Source: Octopus vulgaris (lineage: Eukaryota). From it: a stretch of DNA of 64,000 nucleotides. Positions 38,605 through 53,717 of this stretch are shown here, piece by piece. Location of the stretch: positions 39,494,001 to 39,558,000 of the forward strand of contig OX597827.1 of assembly GCA_951406725.2 (NCBI GenBank), in the 5' to 3' direction. The translations under genes and the position numbers were made by a program. The stretch's first letter is position 1. Each line of letters opens with the position of its first letter. The notes under the pieces are model-generated. The model saw only the letters and a program-made list of their open reading frames with translations. It was not told where the DNA came from and made no database searches.

Positions 38605-39473
38605 ATTCATCTTCACATCTTTGAACAGGACTTAGGCTCAACTCAGACAACTATGTAAAGCTGCTGAGGACTGCAGTCAAACCTTGGCTGGAGAGGATTG
38701 CTGCTGGAAGATAATAAGAGATTGACAGAATAAGTACTAAGCATCCAAAGAATAAGTCCTGGGGTTGATTTGCTCGACTAAAGGCGGTGCTCCGGCATGG
38801 CTACAGTCAAATGACTGAAACAAGTAAAAGAGTATGTGTGTGGCAGCAGGATTTGGCTCCTTGCCATACCACCAGAAAGAGTTAGAGTGGTTGTCAGCTC
38901 TTTATAGTAACAATGATAATAATAATTCATTCTAATCCCATGGATTACTAAGTGTGGAATGTAGTTGAGAAAGACACCAACAAGCCTGCAACACCAAGGC
39001 TGAGCTGGTGCCAAGAGCTGGCAGAAACGTTAGCATGCCGGGCGAAATGCTTAGCGCTATTTCGTCTGCTGCTATGTTCTGAGTTCAAATTCCGCCGAGG
39101 TCGACTTTGCCTTTCATCCTTTCAGGGTTGATAAATTAAGTACGAGTTATGCACTGGGGGCGATGTTATCAACTTAATCCCTTTGTCTGTACTTGTTTGT
39201 ACCTTCTATGTTTAGCCCCTTTTGGGCAATAAAGAAATGAGAAATAAGATCAGGGAGGTATTTGAAGATCTTAGAGGCACAGTGAGAAAAGCATATGCCA
39301 GGTTCAGGAGTCATCTTGAGGCATGGTGGAAGCTGAAGGTGGTTACTTTGAGTAAACTGTTATCTCCATAATATTTTTTGATTTAAAAAAAAAAAAAATT
39401 TATTTTTGGATAGGACGTTGTCCTTTCTTTTCCATTTACGCAAATTGTCAAATTTAGCCCGAACGCCCTGTAA
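38605..39473 (+). mobile_element. Tc1/mariner-superfamily transposon 3' half, interrupted by SINEs
   Basis: HIFEQ..LNSDNYVKLL..VKPWLERIAAG | VWQQDLAPCHT | NPMDY.VW..VE | ARFRSHLEA..EAEGGYFE*. The TIR ends gaacgccctgTA. SINE inserts at 38715-38832 and 39015-39248. Confidence 0.8.
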
Positions 39474-41932
39474 AAACTGTTTCATATCTTGCAATATTTA
39501 AAAAGTTTAAATATAATTACTTATAATTACTTATAATTACTACATCTCACTCTCTCAATTGCCTCCCTCCTCAAAATTGCTGGCCTTGTACCGAAATCTG
39601 AAATCATCATCATCATTATTATTATTAAGGTGGTGAGCTGGCAGAATTGTTAGCACACTTGGTGAAATGCTTAATAGTATTTCATCTGCTGCTGCATTCG
39701 GAGTTCAAATTCTGCTGAGGTCAACTTTGCCTTTCATCCTTTCGGGGTTGATGAAATAAGTACCAATTATGCACTGGGGTTGATATAATCGACTAGCTCC
39801 TGTCACCCCATAATTTTCAAGGGCATGTGATTAGAGTAGAAATAATAATAATAATAAATAATAGTAATTATCATTATTATCAAGCATGCTGGACAAAATG
39901 TTTAGCAGTAATTTGCCCATCACTACATTCTGAGTTCAAATTCCACTGAGGTTGACTTTGCCTTTCATCCTTTCAGGGTTGATAAATTAAGAACCAGTGA
40001 AGCACTGGGGTTGGTGTAATTGACTAGTCCCCTCCCCCAAAATTTCAAGGCCTTGTGCCTTCAGTAGAAAGGATCATCACCACCACCATCATCATGGCAT
40101 TAAGCTTGTATAATTGTTACCGCACCAGACAAATTACTTCCCAGCATTTTATCCATCTAGACGTTCTGAGTTCAAATTCTGCTGCAGTCAACTTTGCCTT
40201 TAATTTTCCCCGGGTTAATGAAGTAAGTACCAGTCGAGTACTGAGGTCAGTTAATCAACTACCCCCTTACGCCCACTTTCAGGACTTGTGCCAATAGCAG
40301 AAAGAGTTATTATTATTATTATTGAGTGAGAGAGCAACACATGCCATCAAAGTGATGCTGTGGTAGAGATATATGAACCCCAATATACACATCATAACTA
40401 TCCATCTAATAATGGTGCACCATGTACATGCATCACAACAATATGTGCACAACATGGTGACCTCATATCAAGATAAACAGAGCATGATCTTGCAGATTAT
40501 TATTATTGGTAAGATGGTAGAATCATTTGCTCACCAAGGAAAAATGCATAGTGGCATTTCATCCGTTGCTATGTTCTGAGTTCAAATTCCACCATGGTTG
40601 ACTTCGCTTTTCATCCTTTTGGGGTTGACAAAATAAGTACCAGTTAAACACTGGGGTTGATGTAATCAACTATCCTCCTCCCCCCAAATTTCAGGCCACT
40701 GCCTATAGTAGAAAGGATTAATCATTAATGGATGGCAAAAATCTGTATATTTTCTGAAATAACATCTTAAGGTATTGAGATACCTTTTTTAAGTTTTGAG
40801 ATAAATTCCTGGTAGGGTTGAGGACCAACTTTGTTTTTCCCCTTTCCAAAAGGTGATAAAATAGGTAGCAGTTATTGTTGTTTAGCCCCAGTCAACTCTG
40901 ACTGAGTAGACCTATGATCAACAGCATTCCAGTCATGACCATTCTGCAAAGAGCCCAGGATCACATTATCCAAATTGTTCTTTTTAGATAGTAGGGTGTA
41001 ATTTAGAGGAGATTTGGCTATTATTTCTTTCTGGAAGGATGGGCAACCATATAGACGATTCTTCATTGACTTGGGAAATACCTGGGTGAATCTAATCAAC
41101 CTCATTCTCAAAAATGAGTGTCCTTGTTCTTTGCTAGGAAACATTATTACTATACTCATATTGTCAATTTAGTCAAAACTATATCCCATATTTCATTAAA
41201 AAAAATTATGTTCTGACTTGGTAACTATATCAGAAATCATTACTGCAGAGTGATGGCATGATTCAGTTATACTATTTCTTGTGCATTCTGGTAGTTTGGC
41301 TATATTGCATTTTATTCACTGCTCGGTCTGTGCACTATGTTAGTGGTCACAATATTCCATGAGATGGAACTAGTGTTAAAAAATTCCTCTTATATTTGAA
41401 GCAACTGAAGCTGTTGAATTTGCAGGTAGTTTGGTGTTATGCTGCACTTGTATTGATGGTGTGCTATATATATGAACTGTTGATCTTTTCAAGGATTTTA
41501 AATCTGATAGTTAATCAAATTATTCAGTTTTCAATTCTGTTATTAGATCCACTTGATTCTTTGTTTGTATCTAACATCTATTCAAATTGATCAGAGGAAT
41601 ATCAAAATATCAGTATCACAGTTAGATTGGTACAAGGCTGAGAAAAATCAAGAAGATAAATATGCTGATAGTAACTTCAATGTCATGCTATTAAATCATT
41701 TATAGAATGAACCACTGAAAGTGAAGTTATGCTAGTCTCAGACACAGACATAACATGGCAATAGTAAAGAACAAGAATCAAAAGATGTAACTTGAGATGA
41801 AATGAGGGATGTGAAAAGAGAGAATTAGGGATGGTTAAGGTGACAAGACATCTGAGAGATTAATGAAAAGGTCAGCAAGATATGTCCGATCATCAGTGTT
41901 GCGTGGTGTTCATGGATGTAAGTGTTGTAATC

Positions 41933-42155
41933 TACAAGGGCAGGTGCTGATAATTTCCTGGTTTTGAGTAAAATAAAATACAGGGGGATCAGTTAATTAT
42001 GATTTTATTCAACATATTCCCCTCTCAGATTCACACGCTTATTGCAGTGGTCCTTCAGTTTTCCTAAGACCTGTAAAAGAACTCAGAAGGTAAGGCCCCC
42101 ATCCAGGCCTTTCATGGTACCCTTAAGGCCAGAAACTTTTCAGCACCTCCTTGTA
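41933..42155 (-). mobile_element. Mariner-derived MITE
   Basis: TIRs tacaaggg..gtgctgataatttcctgg and ccagaaacttttcagcacctccttgta. The internal minus strand encodes a transposase tail CNKRVNLRGEYVE*. Confidence 0.8.
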
Positions 42156-45089
42156 TGTTTAGTTATTTAATTATTATATACTGCAATTTGTGAACAATAG
42201 CACCATTTTTAGTAGCTGAGTTTCCTGCATTTCTGATGGTGAGAGTGACAAGATAGAATCAATAACCCAATGGATTTCATTTTGAGAATATTGTCTTTTT
42301 GCAATATACAGTGAAAAGGCAAACTTCCAAATAGTTTCTATTCACCAAATTCCACTCACAAGGTATCGATCATCCCGAGGCTATGGTTGAAAACACTTAC
42401 CTAAAACACTCACCTAAGATGTTGTACAGTGAAATCAAACACAGGACTACATGGTTGCAAAGCAAATTTTTTGACCAAACAGCATATCAGCACTTACTTT
42501 TCATTGGCATGCAGTGCCAAATTCAATTCTTCTGAATGGAAAGGTATCAGACCTGTTATTCAGGAAATAGATTTATCTTATGTGCTTAGCGATATAGGAA
42601 ATGAAGTTGATCATTGTTCCTATAGATATCATTATTTGGAAAAGTATAGATTTCTTCTCGAGGGACATGGTAGATAAATTAACAAAGAAATCGATAGTAA
42701 ATCATTTATTAAGATGTACTGCACTGAGTAAATAAAAATCCTTCTCTTTCTCCTCATTGCTCTACATCTGTTTCTCAAGATCATTACATTACTAAAACTG
42801 CATCTCAAAAGCAGACAAGCCATCCTCTTTCAGAACCAGAAAATACTTCAGCTCTGATCTATTACTGATCTTCTGTGAACCTCAAGTAAACCCCATGGTG
42901 GGGTGCAGTGCTACTGATATACACATGTCTTAGGTCTCATCTGAAAGAAGGTGATCTGAATGATAGGCAATGACTCACCAACACTATCTCTGGTCAAATG
43001 TACTATAGTCTCCTCTCTCTCTCTCCTTGCATCTTCTGGCACTATTTGAAATAGCTTTTAGTCATCTGTTACAAGCTAACTGTATACAACCTTCACCCAG
43101 ATCCTCTTGTGTTCCCTACCTCTGGTCCCACACTAACTGTTTCACCTATCCTTTCACTCCAGAGCAATAACCCATTAGAATATACTTCCTATAGACGTCT
43201 ACTTCCAGTAGTTCAAACTGGACCTTCACCTATCAGTTTCAACAGTCATCTTTTCTCCTCACAAAACTATAAAAAGAATCTACAGATTTCACCTAATTTG
43301 ATTTTTTTGGTTTCTTCTGTCATGAATACATGTATAACCATTTAATTAAGAAGTCTGTTTTGCAACCATATAGTTTTGTGTTTAACACCTTCTTTTCATC
43401 CACCCTAGCAGATATAAACTGTAACAAACTCCATCAGATAGACTATAGCTGTTTTTAGGTGTTGGACTTAATACATTGACTGGTTTAACACCACCATCTA
43501 ATCCTTGGGCATCTTTAGCAAAGTCCTTTCTGTTGCAAATATTTGGACCAAATTTAATATCATGATATTCCTTCATTCCTCCTATTAGTCTCACAAGATA
43601 TGAAAAACTACTTCTATTGACAGTATAAAGCATCCTTTCTCCAGCACTCATCTATTTCTAATCCATGTCCAGATTATGATAGTTATAAGTACAAGTAAAA
43701 CAGACAGTACACTTACACACACATTATATATATGTGTATCTGTAAACACACACACACACAGATCTATCTATGTATGTATGTATGAAACAGTATCTATGAT
43801 GCCAAGATCAACAATAAAGAAAAAGAATATTTTAGTGTAGACTTCAAGATTACACAACTGAACCCATACAGAAATTGAACCAGTCAAGAATATTCTCAGC
43901 AAACTATTTTGTATATATATAAATGTATATATTATAGAAATAAGACAGTAATAGACTAAGTAATGCAATAAAAGATTGTTGCTTCATTATTATTGTAATT
44001 ATAACTGTATTTTAATTGGGGGAAGGGATATTTTTATGGCTTCACCATGCATCAAAAATGAATGGCTCAGTTTCAGTAAGCATTTAAGAGTCTATCCCAC
44101 AAATTTAGCACCCCATTCTAGGTAGGATACATTAGTCGACTGAAAGGCAGAGGAAGAAATCTACCTTTGAGATAATAATTTAATTCAACTGTCTATAATT
44201 GTAGACAACAACCAATATCATAACAGTAAAAAGCAGAGGTTAACATAAATTTTAAACTTTTTGATACCAACCTGCTTGAGAACATCTCCAGTTCTATGAT
44301 ACAAACTATCTACTTACACTGTTTGTTTGTTCCTTCTTGAGTCATGCCTGGCTCATAGGGCCAGTTTCCTTGGCATATAGGTTTCCCACCTGGACGGGAT
44401 GCTGGTCCATCACAGGTGAGCTCCAAGATGCAGGAGGAAAGAGTGAGAGAAAGTTGTGGTGAAAGAGTCAGCAGAAGTTTGCCATTACCTTCTGCTGGAG
44501 CCACATGGAGCTTAGGTGTTTCACTCATAAACACACACATCGCTCGGTCTGAGATTGAAACTCGCGATCCCTTGACCATGAGTCCGCTGCTCTAACCACT
44601 AGGCCATGTGTCTCCACATCTACTAACACTGATCTAAATTAAAATCTCCCATCAAAAATTTCAAGTTTATTTATGTTCCAACACCAGCTACTTAATGACA
44701 GTCATTTGATTGAATTCTTCGTCATTTTCAAAATTAATTTAAATAAAGGCAGTGTATTTCATTAGAAATACAGTAATGAATGGCTTGAAATAAATATAAG
44801 CAAATAATATTAGAAATAATAGAAAACAATAAACACATACACACATGATGATAGCTTTTGCTATCTAGATGTAATTAGCAAGGGAGACAATTTTCTCTGA
44901 ATGTATTGTTGCCAGTGTAAAAATAGGGCAAAGTTCAGAGAGCCCTTACTGCTGTTGACAACAAAGATCTTTTTCCTCAGAGTGAAAGGCTAATAGTATG
45001 GCACTTGTGCTAGAACTGTGATGTTGCATGATATCCAAAGACATGGGCCTTGAATGCAGAGGACTGGAGAAAACTGGAAATAAACTAAG

Positions 45090-45400
45090 CTAGCATGCTC
45101 TGTTGCAAGTGCAATATAAGTGTGCATGAACAACTATGTGTTGAAAGAAAAAAAAGCTGGGAATAAGAGAAACCAGATGTAATGTGGAAAAAAGAAGACT
45201 GGCTGGTCTGGACATTTGATGTGTGGGGATGAAGATAGCTATATAAAGAATTGACGATTGCTTAATGTGGCTGGAGTTTGTGGAAAAGGGAAACGCAGGA
45301 AAACATGGAATGATCTGATGAAGACTAATCTCAGAACCTAGAACCTCATGAAGGAAATGACAAAGGATTGGAACTGAATGTAATTTGCAAGAAGATCCAC
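45090..45400 (+). mobile_element. RTE LINE C-terminal remnant
   Basis: Decayed homologue of the reverse complement of 24950-25290. Confidence 0.65.
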
Positions 45401-47069
45401 CCACTCAATGAAAATAAATTCTGAAAGCATCATGTGTGTTTGTGTGTGTGTGTGTGTATATACATATATATATATTTGCACAACTGGGCCCTTCACCCAA
45501 TTTCTTCAAAACACCACCACCACTCATCATTTCTAATTCTAGTGCTTCCTTGATGTCACTTAATTTTTTATTACCAGAACAATTTCACTTGTCCATCCTT
45601 CATCCATTAATACTGTTCTAATATTACATTGAGCCACCAAATTATCCCTCCTCCTCCACTGACAGACATCTCTCACTCTCCTAATACACATCTACCTCTC
45701 CCTACTTCACACTCCTGCAACCTAGTCAACCATGTCATCTCTCTTTCTCTTGCTGCTTTCCCCAACTCTTTTTTTCCTGCACTGCCAGTCATCTTCTACT
45801 CTCCCTACTTCCCCCAACTCATGCATCACTAGTCATCCCACAATTCTTATCTACTGTTCACAACATATTTGCAGTTGCTGTCCATCATTTTCCCTTGACC
45901 CATTCCCTATCTCTCAAGCTCTCATACACTCTTGTAACCTTTATATGCCTACATTCCTGGTTTCCCTCTCCTCACCCACCTTATATCTTTAGGGTCCACC
46001 CAAACACCTTGTGACCACTATTTCTATCTCTTTCCAGCTTCACATTAATCGTTTCTATTGCTTCTGGAATGTGCAGGATACCTTTCCTGGTCTGGCTCCT
46101 CTCATACTTTAACCTTTTATCTCTTAATGTAAAGCCACTCCCATAAAGTTTAGTAGTCTTGCAAGCTGCATGCTGACCTCATTAGTGTTGGTGGAATGAA
46201 GAAATGCACACAGTTTATGCTGTAAAATGATTGGCATAAGGAAGGACAACCAGCTGTGGAAACCATGACAAAGCAAACACTTGAACATGATGCAGTTCTT
46301 GGCCCCATCAGATCCCGACAAACTGTCCAACCCATGCTAGTATAGAACATGTACATTAACCCTTTCCTTTAGCTTTCAGATTTCTTTGTCAAATGTATTG
46401 CTTATTTATTCACATTGTTTTGAATTAATCGCACATTATCTTGTAGCTTCAAAATTTCAGTGGTGTGTTTGTATATTTTTAGAATGACATTGTAGGATAG
46501 TTGTGAGAGAGGTTAGGTCTGGTCAGTTTTAACATAAAACAGAATATTTGGGCTGGATATGGCCAGATTAAATTCAAAAGGGTTAAATGATGATGATGAT
46601 GATATATATATATGCGTGTGTGTGTGTGTGTGTGTGTTCTTGTGTGTGAAGGCACATGGCTTAGTTGTTAGTGGGATGGACTCGTGATCATAATGTCATG
46701 GCTTCAATTCCTGGACTGGGTGGCTTAGTGTGCCCTTGAGCAAGGTACTTCATGTCATATCACTCTAGTCTACACCACTGAAAATGAGTAATAGCCATCT
46801 GCTGATGTAGCACTCTCTCCCTCTAGCTGTCACATCCTTGATATTCCACTAGGTCATGGGTGAGAAAGTTGAGACGGTATCTATGGTTGAGACAGTGTCT
46901 AAGTGTCTATGTCTGCTTGTATCTACAAAGACATCAAAAGCAATCAGCAAAAGCATAATGCAGGCAACCAAGTCGTACTCACTTGCAAGTGAGGGCTATG
47001 CTTTATATATAATACATAACTCGAGAGAATACAACATCAATAGTAACAATAATGGTCTCAAATAATTTT

Positions 47070-47610
47070 AGCAGAAGGCCAGTAGTTTCAGGAAGAGCAG
47101 AGTAAGTCAATTATATCAACCTCGGTGCTAAACTGGTACTTATTTTATCAACTCTGAAATGATGAAGGGCAAGGTAGACCTAGGCAGGATTTGATCTCAG
47201 AACATAATGATTCACAAGAAATACTGCAAAGCATTTTATCTGATACACTAATGATTCAGCTGGCTCATGACAATAATAAGAATAGTTTTTGGGGAGGGAG
47301 CTACTTGGTTACATTGACTCCAATGCTCAACTGGTACTCATTTTATCAACCCCAAAAGGATGAAAAGCAATGTCAACCTTGGCAGATTTTGAACTCGGAC
47401 TGTAAGGACAGCAGTTTCAAGGAAGAGGATAAGTCAATTACATCAACTCTAGAGCTAAACTGGTACATATTTTAATATTTTATCGACTTCAAAAAGGATG
47501 AAAGGCAATGTCGATCTCGGTAGCATTTGAACTCAGAATGTAAAGGTAGGACAAAATGCTGCTAAGCAATTTGCTTGACATGCTAATGATTCTGCCAGCT
47601 CACCACAATA
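47070..47610 (-). mobile_element. Three decayed SINE family B copies
   Basis: Repeated ctggtact...ttatc(a/g)ac...gatgaa...tgaactcagaa. Further decayed minus-strand copies are scattered over 54090-59345. Confidence 0.7.
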
Positions 47611-49347
47611 ATGATAATGATAATAATCAGAAGAAGAAGAAGCAGGAGTTTTGAAACAAAAGTAATTATTAAATAGAACAAAGGTGATAATGAAGTGAGG
47701 AGAGGAGTAAAAAAAATGTTAGGAAATAACAGGTATTTTGTAAAATATTTTTTTTTTTGCTCTTTATTTTTTTTTTACTGTCAGAAAAAAAAAACAGAAT
47801 ACAACAAGAGGGTAGATAGGTAACCCATGTTTGGCAAATAAAGCAAAAGAGGGAAGAAAAAAAATGATGAAAAATAAAAGCAACAATTAACAATAATTGT
47901 CATTCCACAGGGTGTATCATTGAGTATTAACATTGGTGCAATATAACATAAACCCACTCACAAAAGAAAAAAAATTGTATGTATGCATACATATGCATGT
48001 GTATGTAAGTATTTGCGTATGTATATATATATATATATAAATAAAGAGGTCAAGGGACCCTGCTAAGCACACACTATAGTCACTAAAGCCCATGCAGAAG
48101 AACAGCATATTCAAATAAGTCAGTATGAAAAGTACACTTAAGCCCATGCTATACAACAGTATTACAAAAGACTTAGAGTGTCTAATTAGAAGAGCTAAAC
48201 CAAGAGAAGATGAAATAGGCTAAATCAGTTTAGCAGAAATGATTTGCCTTCTTTCATTTTCCTTTGGTGTACCTCTTGTAATTTACCAAAGGCACTCTAA
48301 GGCTCTTTTGTAATACCATGGTATAACAATAGCACAGGCTTATGTGTATTTCTCATATATATATATATATATATATAAAGCATAACAACAGAGCATTTAC
48401 TGTTGTGGCAACACTTTACTGAGAGTCAAATTTATTGTGAAGCCCAAGCCAACTTGATTATAAATTTGGCCAAGTTACTGGATTATTCAGATTCTGTGCA
48501 TATTATATATCATTTTTGTGAAACTTGGCATTTTTCAGTCAAGAAAGCCACAGCTCAATAAATGACTCAATACATTATAAATGCAGGGTGTATATTCACT
48601 TATTCAAGATATTTACCTTACAGCAAACACAAGCTGTTTCAATGTCTTTGCATCTCATCAGAGGTCAGAAAACATTTCATATAAATGAAACACACATCTT
48701 TCTAGCATGTTTGGCAAGAAATTATGTGCTGAGATATTGCATTTTGGTAGGGTCATATTGACAATTTTTGGACATCTGTACTATTGTTTGTGGCAATTTT
48801 GCCCCCTTTTACTTTTCTATTTTTTTAAACATGACAAATAATAAGTCTTGTATTACTGAGTACTTTAATTTAAAAGTATAACAAATAAGAGAATTTTAAG
48901 ACTGTGTGTGTGTGTGCATGGAAGTGGTGTTCGATAAATATTCAGTATGACTGATACTACAAATACAAAACAAACACACACATACATATATACACATGCA
49001 TGCATATATATATATGCATGTTAGATGTGTGAGATTTTGTGGAGGGTGGGTTGGTAATATATTATTTTCTGCAGTATTTATTAAAAAAAAACAACAAATA
49101 AATAAACAAAAACAATCATGCGCAACAGTTAAACGAGGGAAGAAATAATTCTTGCCCTCTTGGCAACAAACAAGAAGTGACCACAAGCGTGTTATGGCAA
49201 TAACCAAAATTCCACAGTTAACAACAGTATAATACAACAATAAATAAAGAAATGTATGCATGGGTGTGTGTGTGTGTGGGTGGGTGTAAATATATATATA
49301 TGCAGTTTAAAAAATTGAATGTAATGTGTGATATATATATATATATG

Positions 49348-49389
<42 letters not shown>

Positions 49390-49497
49390 TAAAAAATAAA
49401 AAATAAACCTTCATGTAATTTCACTCTTTATTTCTTGAACTCAAAAAAATTAACAAAGAAATACTTATATTTATATATATTATATATATATATATGT

Positions 49498-49540
<43 letters not shown>

Positions 49541-49861
49541 TAATGAAATAAATAAAGCTATTTTCAATATTTTATGAAATGAAATGCACAATATTTTCAC
49601 AGGCCTACACCAGGGGAAAGGGGTGTCAGGGTATAAATCTTCCCTGGTCACTGCCACCTCTTTAGTTTGTTTATATTTCTCCTGTCAACAAACCATCTGC
49701 TCGTTTCATGCCTTTAAAGACATGTGAAATAAGTCATCTCTTACTTGAAAAAGCAGGTAGGGTTTTAACGACAGAAAGGGCATCTTGTAAAACGAAGCCT
49801 TAATAATATATGTCTAACCCTTGGTAGCATGGACATAAAAATAAACAAACACATATATATT

Positions 49862-49899
<38 letters not shown>

Positions 49900-50606
49900 T
49901 ATAGACACACACACATATACACACCTGCATATATATATATATATATATCACACACCCCCACATATATATATACACATACACATATGCATTTTATAGATAT
50001 GTATGTGCATAAATATATATATAGACATACATACTGACATGAATTTAAATGCACAAATAAGAAAAAAGCACTCAATTTTTGAAGTGGTATCCCTATTACA
50101 AGGATTTGTTGTTGTTCACAAAGGAAAAACTACACTACACTACTCTGTGTAGTGATAGTAAATAATCAACTTCAAATGGAGAAATAAACTCAGCTACTTA
50201 TATTGAGTATCTTTTTTTCTGTCATTCGTACAGTCAATCATATGTGTGTGTGAATAAATATGTATATACAGGGAACGATCAAACATCAATATTTGAACAA
50301 TAGATATTTTCTTAAAATGACTGTTCATATTTTTGTTAATGCTGGTTGTAAAAGGTCATCTTAGCATTGGTAGTAGGGATAGCAGTTTTCTTAGAGAAGG
50401 CGTTTGTAATGGTAATGATTGTTATAGTGATAGTGGGAGGTGAGCCTATGTTCAATATACAAAAAGAGAAAGTGTTCAGTATTTTTATTATTATTTATAA
50501 TATTTCCATTCACATAAAAAAAAAATTTAAACATAATTTTTAAAAAAAATGCACGCATTGAAGATTAAGAAAAAATATAAACACAAAATATTTTAAATAA
50601 TAATGC

Positions 50607-50641
<35 letters not shown>

Positions 50642-52120
50642 ATTTACAAACATACAGTTTTAAAATAAAATTGAAAAAAAAAATGGTTTTAAATCTCTTG
50701 TAAAGAAACTTTGTCAACCTGATGAAATTAATGAGTCATTGAATTAAACAAATTTATATTTAATCATCATAATGAGATTTTATTAAATTTTATTGCACAG
50801 TTTCATTTTGAATGGAAAAAAAAATGTTGTAATTGTTGTTGCAGAAAAGCAGATGGAATATGAAACCGGGAGACAAAGAAAAGACAAATATATATATATA
50901 TAAAAGAAAAACTATACATAGGAGAAAAACCTGTTAATATTTTATTGTTCATTTATTTGTTGGTCAAGACATTAAATAATTACATTCAAATAATAATATA
51001 TGTATATATATGTATGTATGTTTAATTGGACAAGTGACTGAAGTGTTTGTTAACCAATGTAATGTTGAGCCATTCATATTCTTTAATACCACATTTGGTT
51101 AGAACAGGAAAGGGTTTATATGTTTCCTATACTAAAGGAAAAGCATGCATCAATGAAAGGTTGTAACCTGTATGTAGAAATATGGTAACAGAAAACTCTC
51201 CAAGAAGATACCAACTGAAATTTAGTGTTCATCGTACATGAATGAGGAATTTGAACAATCCCAATAATCTTTAATTTATCTTAAGTATATTAAAAATTCC
51301 TCTCATTCAGTCCTTTCCAAAGTAAAATAATAAAAATTATTATCAAATAATAATAATTATTATTATTTAATATTATGAATAATAATCATTGTTATTATAA
51401 ATAATAACCATGAAATTATTTTATGCCATCAAAGCTGTGTTTGATGAACAAACTAAAAATGCAAGTGGTATGGTCTTTACTTTTAACCTTCTTTTAATTA
51501 TTGTTTCTTTTCATATATTTATGTGATTTATCTATTTTTCCATTTTGCTTTAAGACAGAGAGATTTGATAGAACCAGAGATAATAATGTCAAATTCCTAC
51601 AAAAAAAAAAAAAAAACAAAAAAAGAAATTTTACAATGAATTATTACCAACACCATTATCAAAAGCAGTATCCTCATAACTTTCAGATCTATTGTTGTTA
51701 TTATAGTTTTTATTATTTGTCTTGTTTTTCACATCATTATTTTTCCTTAATTTATTGTGCCTGGAGAAACGATGAGCTAATGCATTAGATCATCCAGCTC
51801 TCTGCCACCTGGGCAAAATTTTTCACTGATGATGATGATAATAATAATAATGATAATAATAATAATTGTTTATGATTATAATAACTTCTTATAAATATAT
51901 CAACAATGATTAAAAAGATTTCTTGCACTGGCCACCAAAACCACAAACTTCTAAGATAGGACAGAGGTATGATTAGTTGAATTGACTGTAATACATAAAC
52001 TGACACATATTTCATTGAACCTGGGTGGAAGAGAAGTAAAGCCTTTCTTGAACTTAGAAATACAAATAAGAACATTGTTATCTTTCCAGCCCTCAGAGGT
52101 TGATAATAATAATAATAATG

Positions 52121-52156
<36 letters not shown>

Positions 52157-53673
52157 TCTGTCTATATGAGAAATAAAAAGGAAAAGAAACAAAGAGAAAA
52201 ATATACATAAATAATACTCAAAAGTAACAAATATAAAATAATAATAATAATGATGATGATTTCAATAGCAAAAAAAAATGAAGCAAAAGAAAAAATTTAC
52301 AAGGGAAGGAAATAGTTGATTTAAACTGTGTGTTACAGGTGTGATATAAATGAACAAATACAAAAAAAAAAAAAAATTAAACCAAAAGCAAAAATTGAAA
52401 AAAGTCCCAAGTGATTAGTTTAATGTTAGTGGTTTAGTAATTTACTTCTTACTTGTAATGAATCCAGTTATCTCCTCATGACAAAGACACATAGCAAAAC
52501 AAACTCTGTGTGTCCATGTGTATGTGTGTGTGCATGAGAACATATAATGAATATTATACATATATGTGCTCACATACACACATACTACATATGCATTTTA
52601 TGCAGAGCAAGAAGGGATAAGTTGGTTAATTCATTTCCAAATTCCTTCCTTTCAAGCTCTATCCTTCAAAATATTTAAGGGACAAAATATTTAAAAAAAT
52701 TTTTTTACACTTTCCTGGTGAGTTTTAATATTTGTTCTCTTTAACAAAAGAAAAGCAAAAACCGAAAAAGAAAGTTAACAAAATGTAACAAATTTGGAAA
52801 AAATATTTAAAAAAAATAATAAAATCGGTGCTCTTGGTTAACTTCAAACCCCTAACTAGCAGGGAAAAAAAAATCACACTAAAATCCTCTCATTTGCAGA
52901 AACAGACCGAAAGCATTAAAGGCCTGTTTGTATGCAAACAACATATAACAGGCTTGAAAGTCGAAAATATTCACACAAAAGTGAAATCTGTTTCAAAATT
53001 TGAAATATAAATTCTTGATCTAGCTGTCTTATATATATATATATATCTTTATAACTGTCCTCCACAGATAGAAGAAACTTCTTCAATATTGTGTAACACT
53101 TTACAGCAATAGTAAGAAGTTCTTAGCAAGTAGACAATGCAACCTTAAAGCAATTATATTAAATCCTTATACATGGAGTTGGTGCTCTGTAAGCAATGAT
53201 TTTAGTGTAGGATAAGATGTTATGCGAACTGCTTGTGGTCAGGAGCTCAGAGACAAAATCCAATGACATGTTGGCATACCAACATGATTAGTGAATTCAA
53301 CTCCAAGATCACATTACTCTCAGTTTGTTTGGTAAGTAATCCAAGACAACCAGATAAACTGAGATAGTATAAAATAAAGTGCTCTGGCCACAACAGAAAA
53401 AGAAATTCCAACAGTTGAGTTTGAACCTCTGATTTAAAAACAGATGGTTCAAAACCTTATCCTCTCAGCCAACAGATGGTAAGTACTTGACAACACAATG
53501 ATTTAATAAATTGCTGAATGATTCATATTCTAACATTCACTTATCCACCAATCTTTAGATATTATCTGTGGAGCAGTTAAAGTTATTTTCTAGACCAAAT
53601 CTTTGATGAGAGGATCTAATAGAGGTTTATTAATTGTGCAAAACGAAACAAACAAACATTATTATTATCATTA

Positions 53674-53717
<44 letters not shown>

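Larger units (their letters stand above)
36494..40720 (+). mobile_element. Cluster of about nine co-oriented SINE family B copies separated by (ATT)n
   Basis: Copies start near 36494, 36765, 36990, 38375, 39015, 39627, 39885, 40120 and 40510. Confidence 0.8.

Noticed and set aside
41350-43980. Unique-looking segments that might be exons
   Set aside because: No ORF with recognisable protein features or consistent splice phases was found on either strand.
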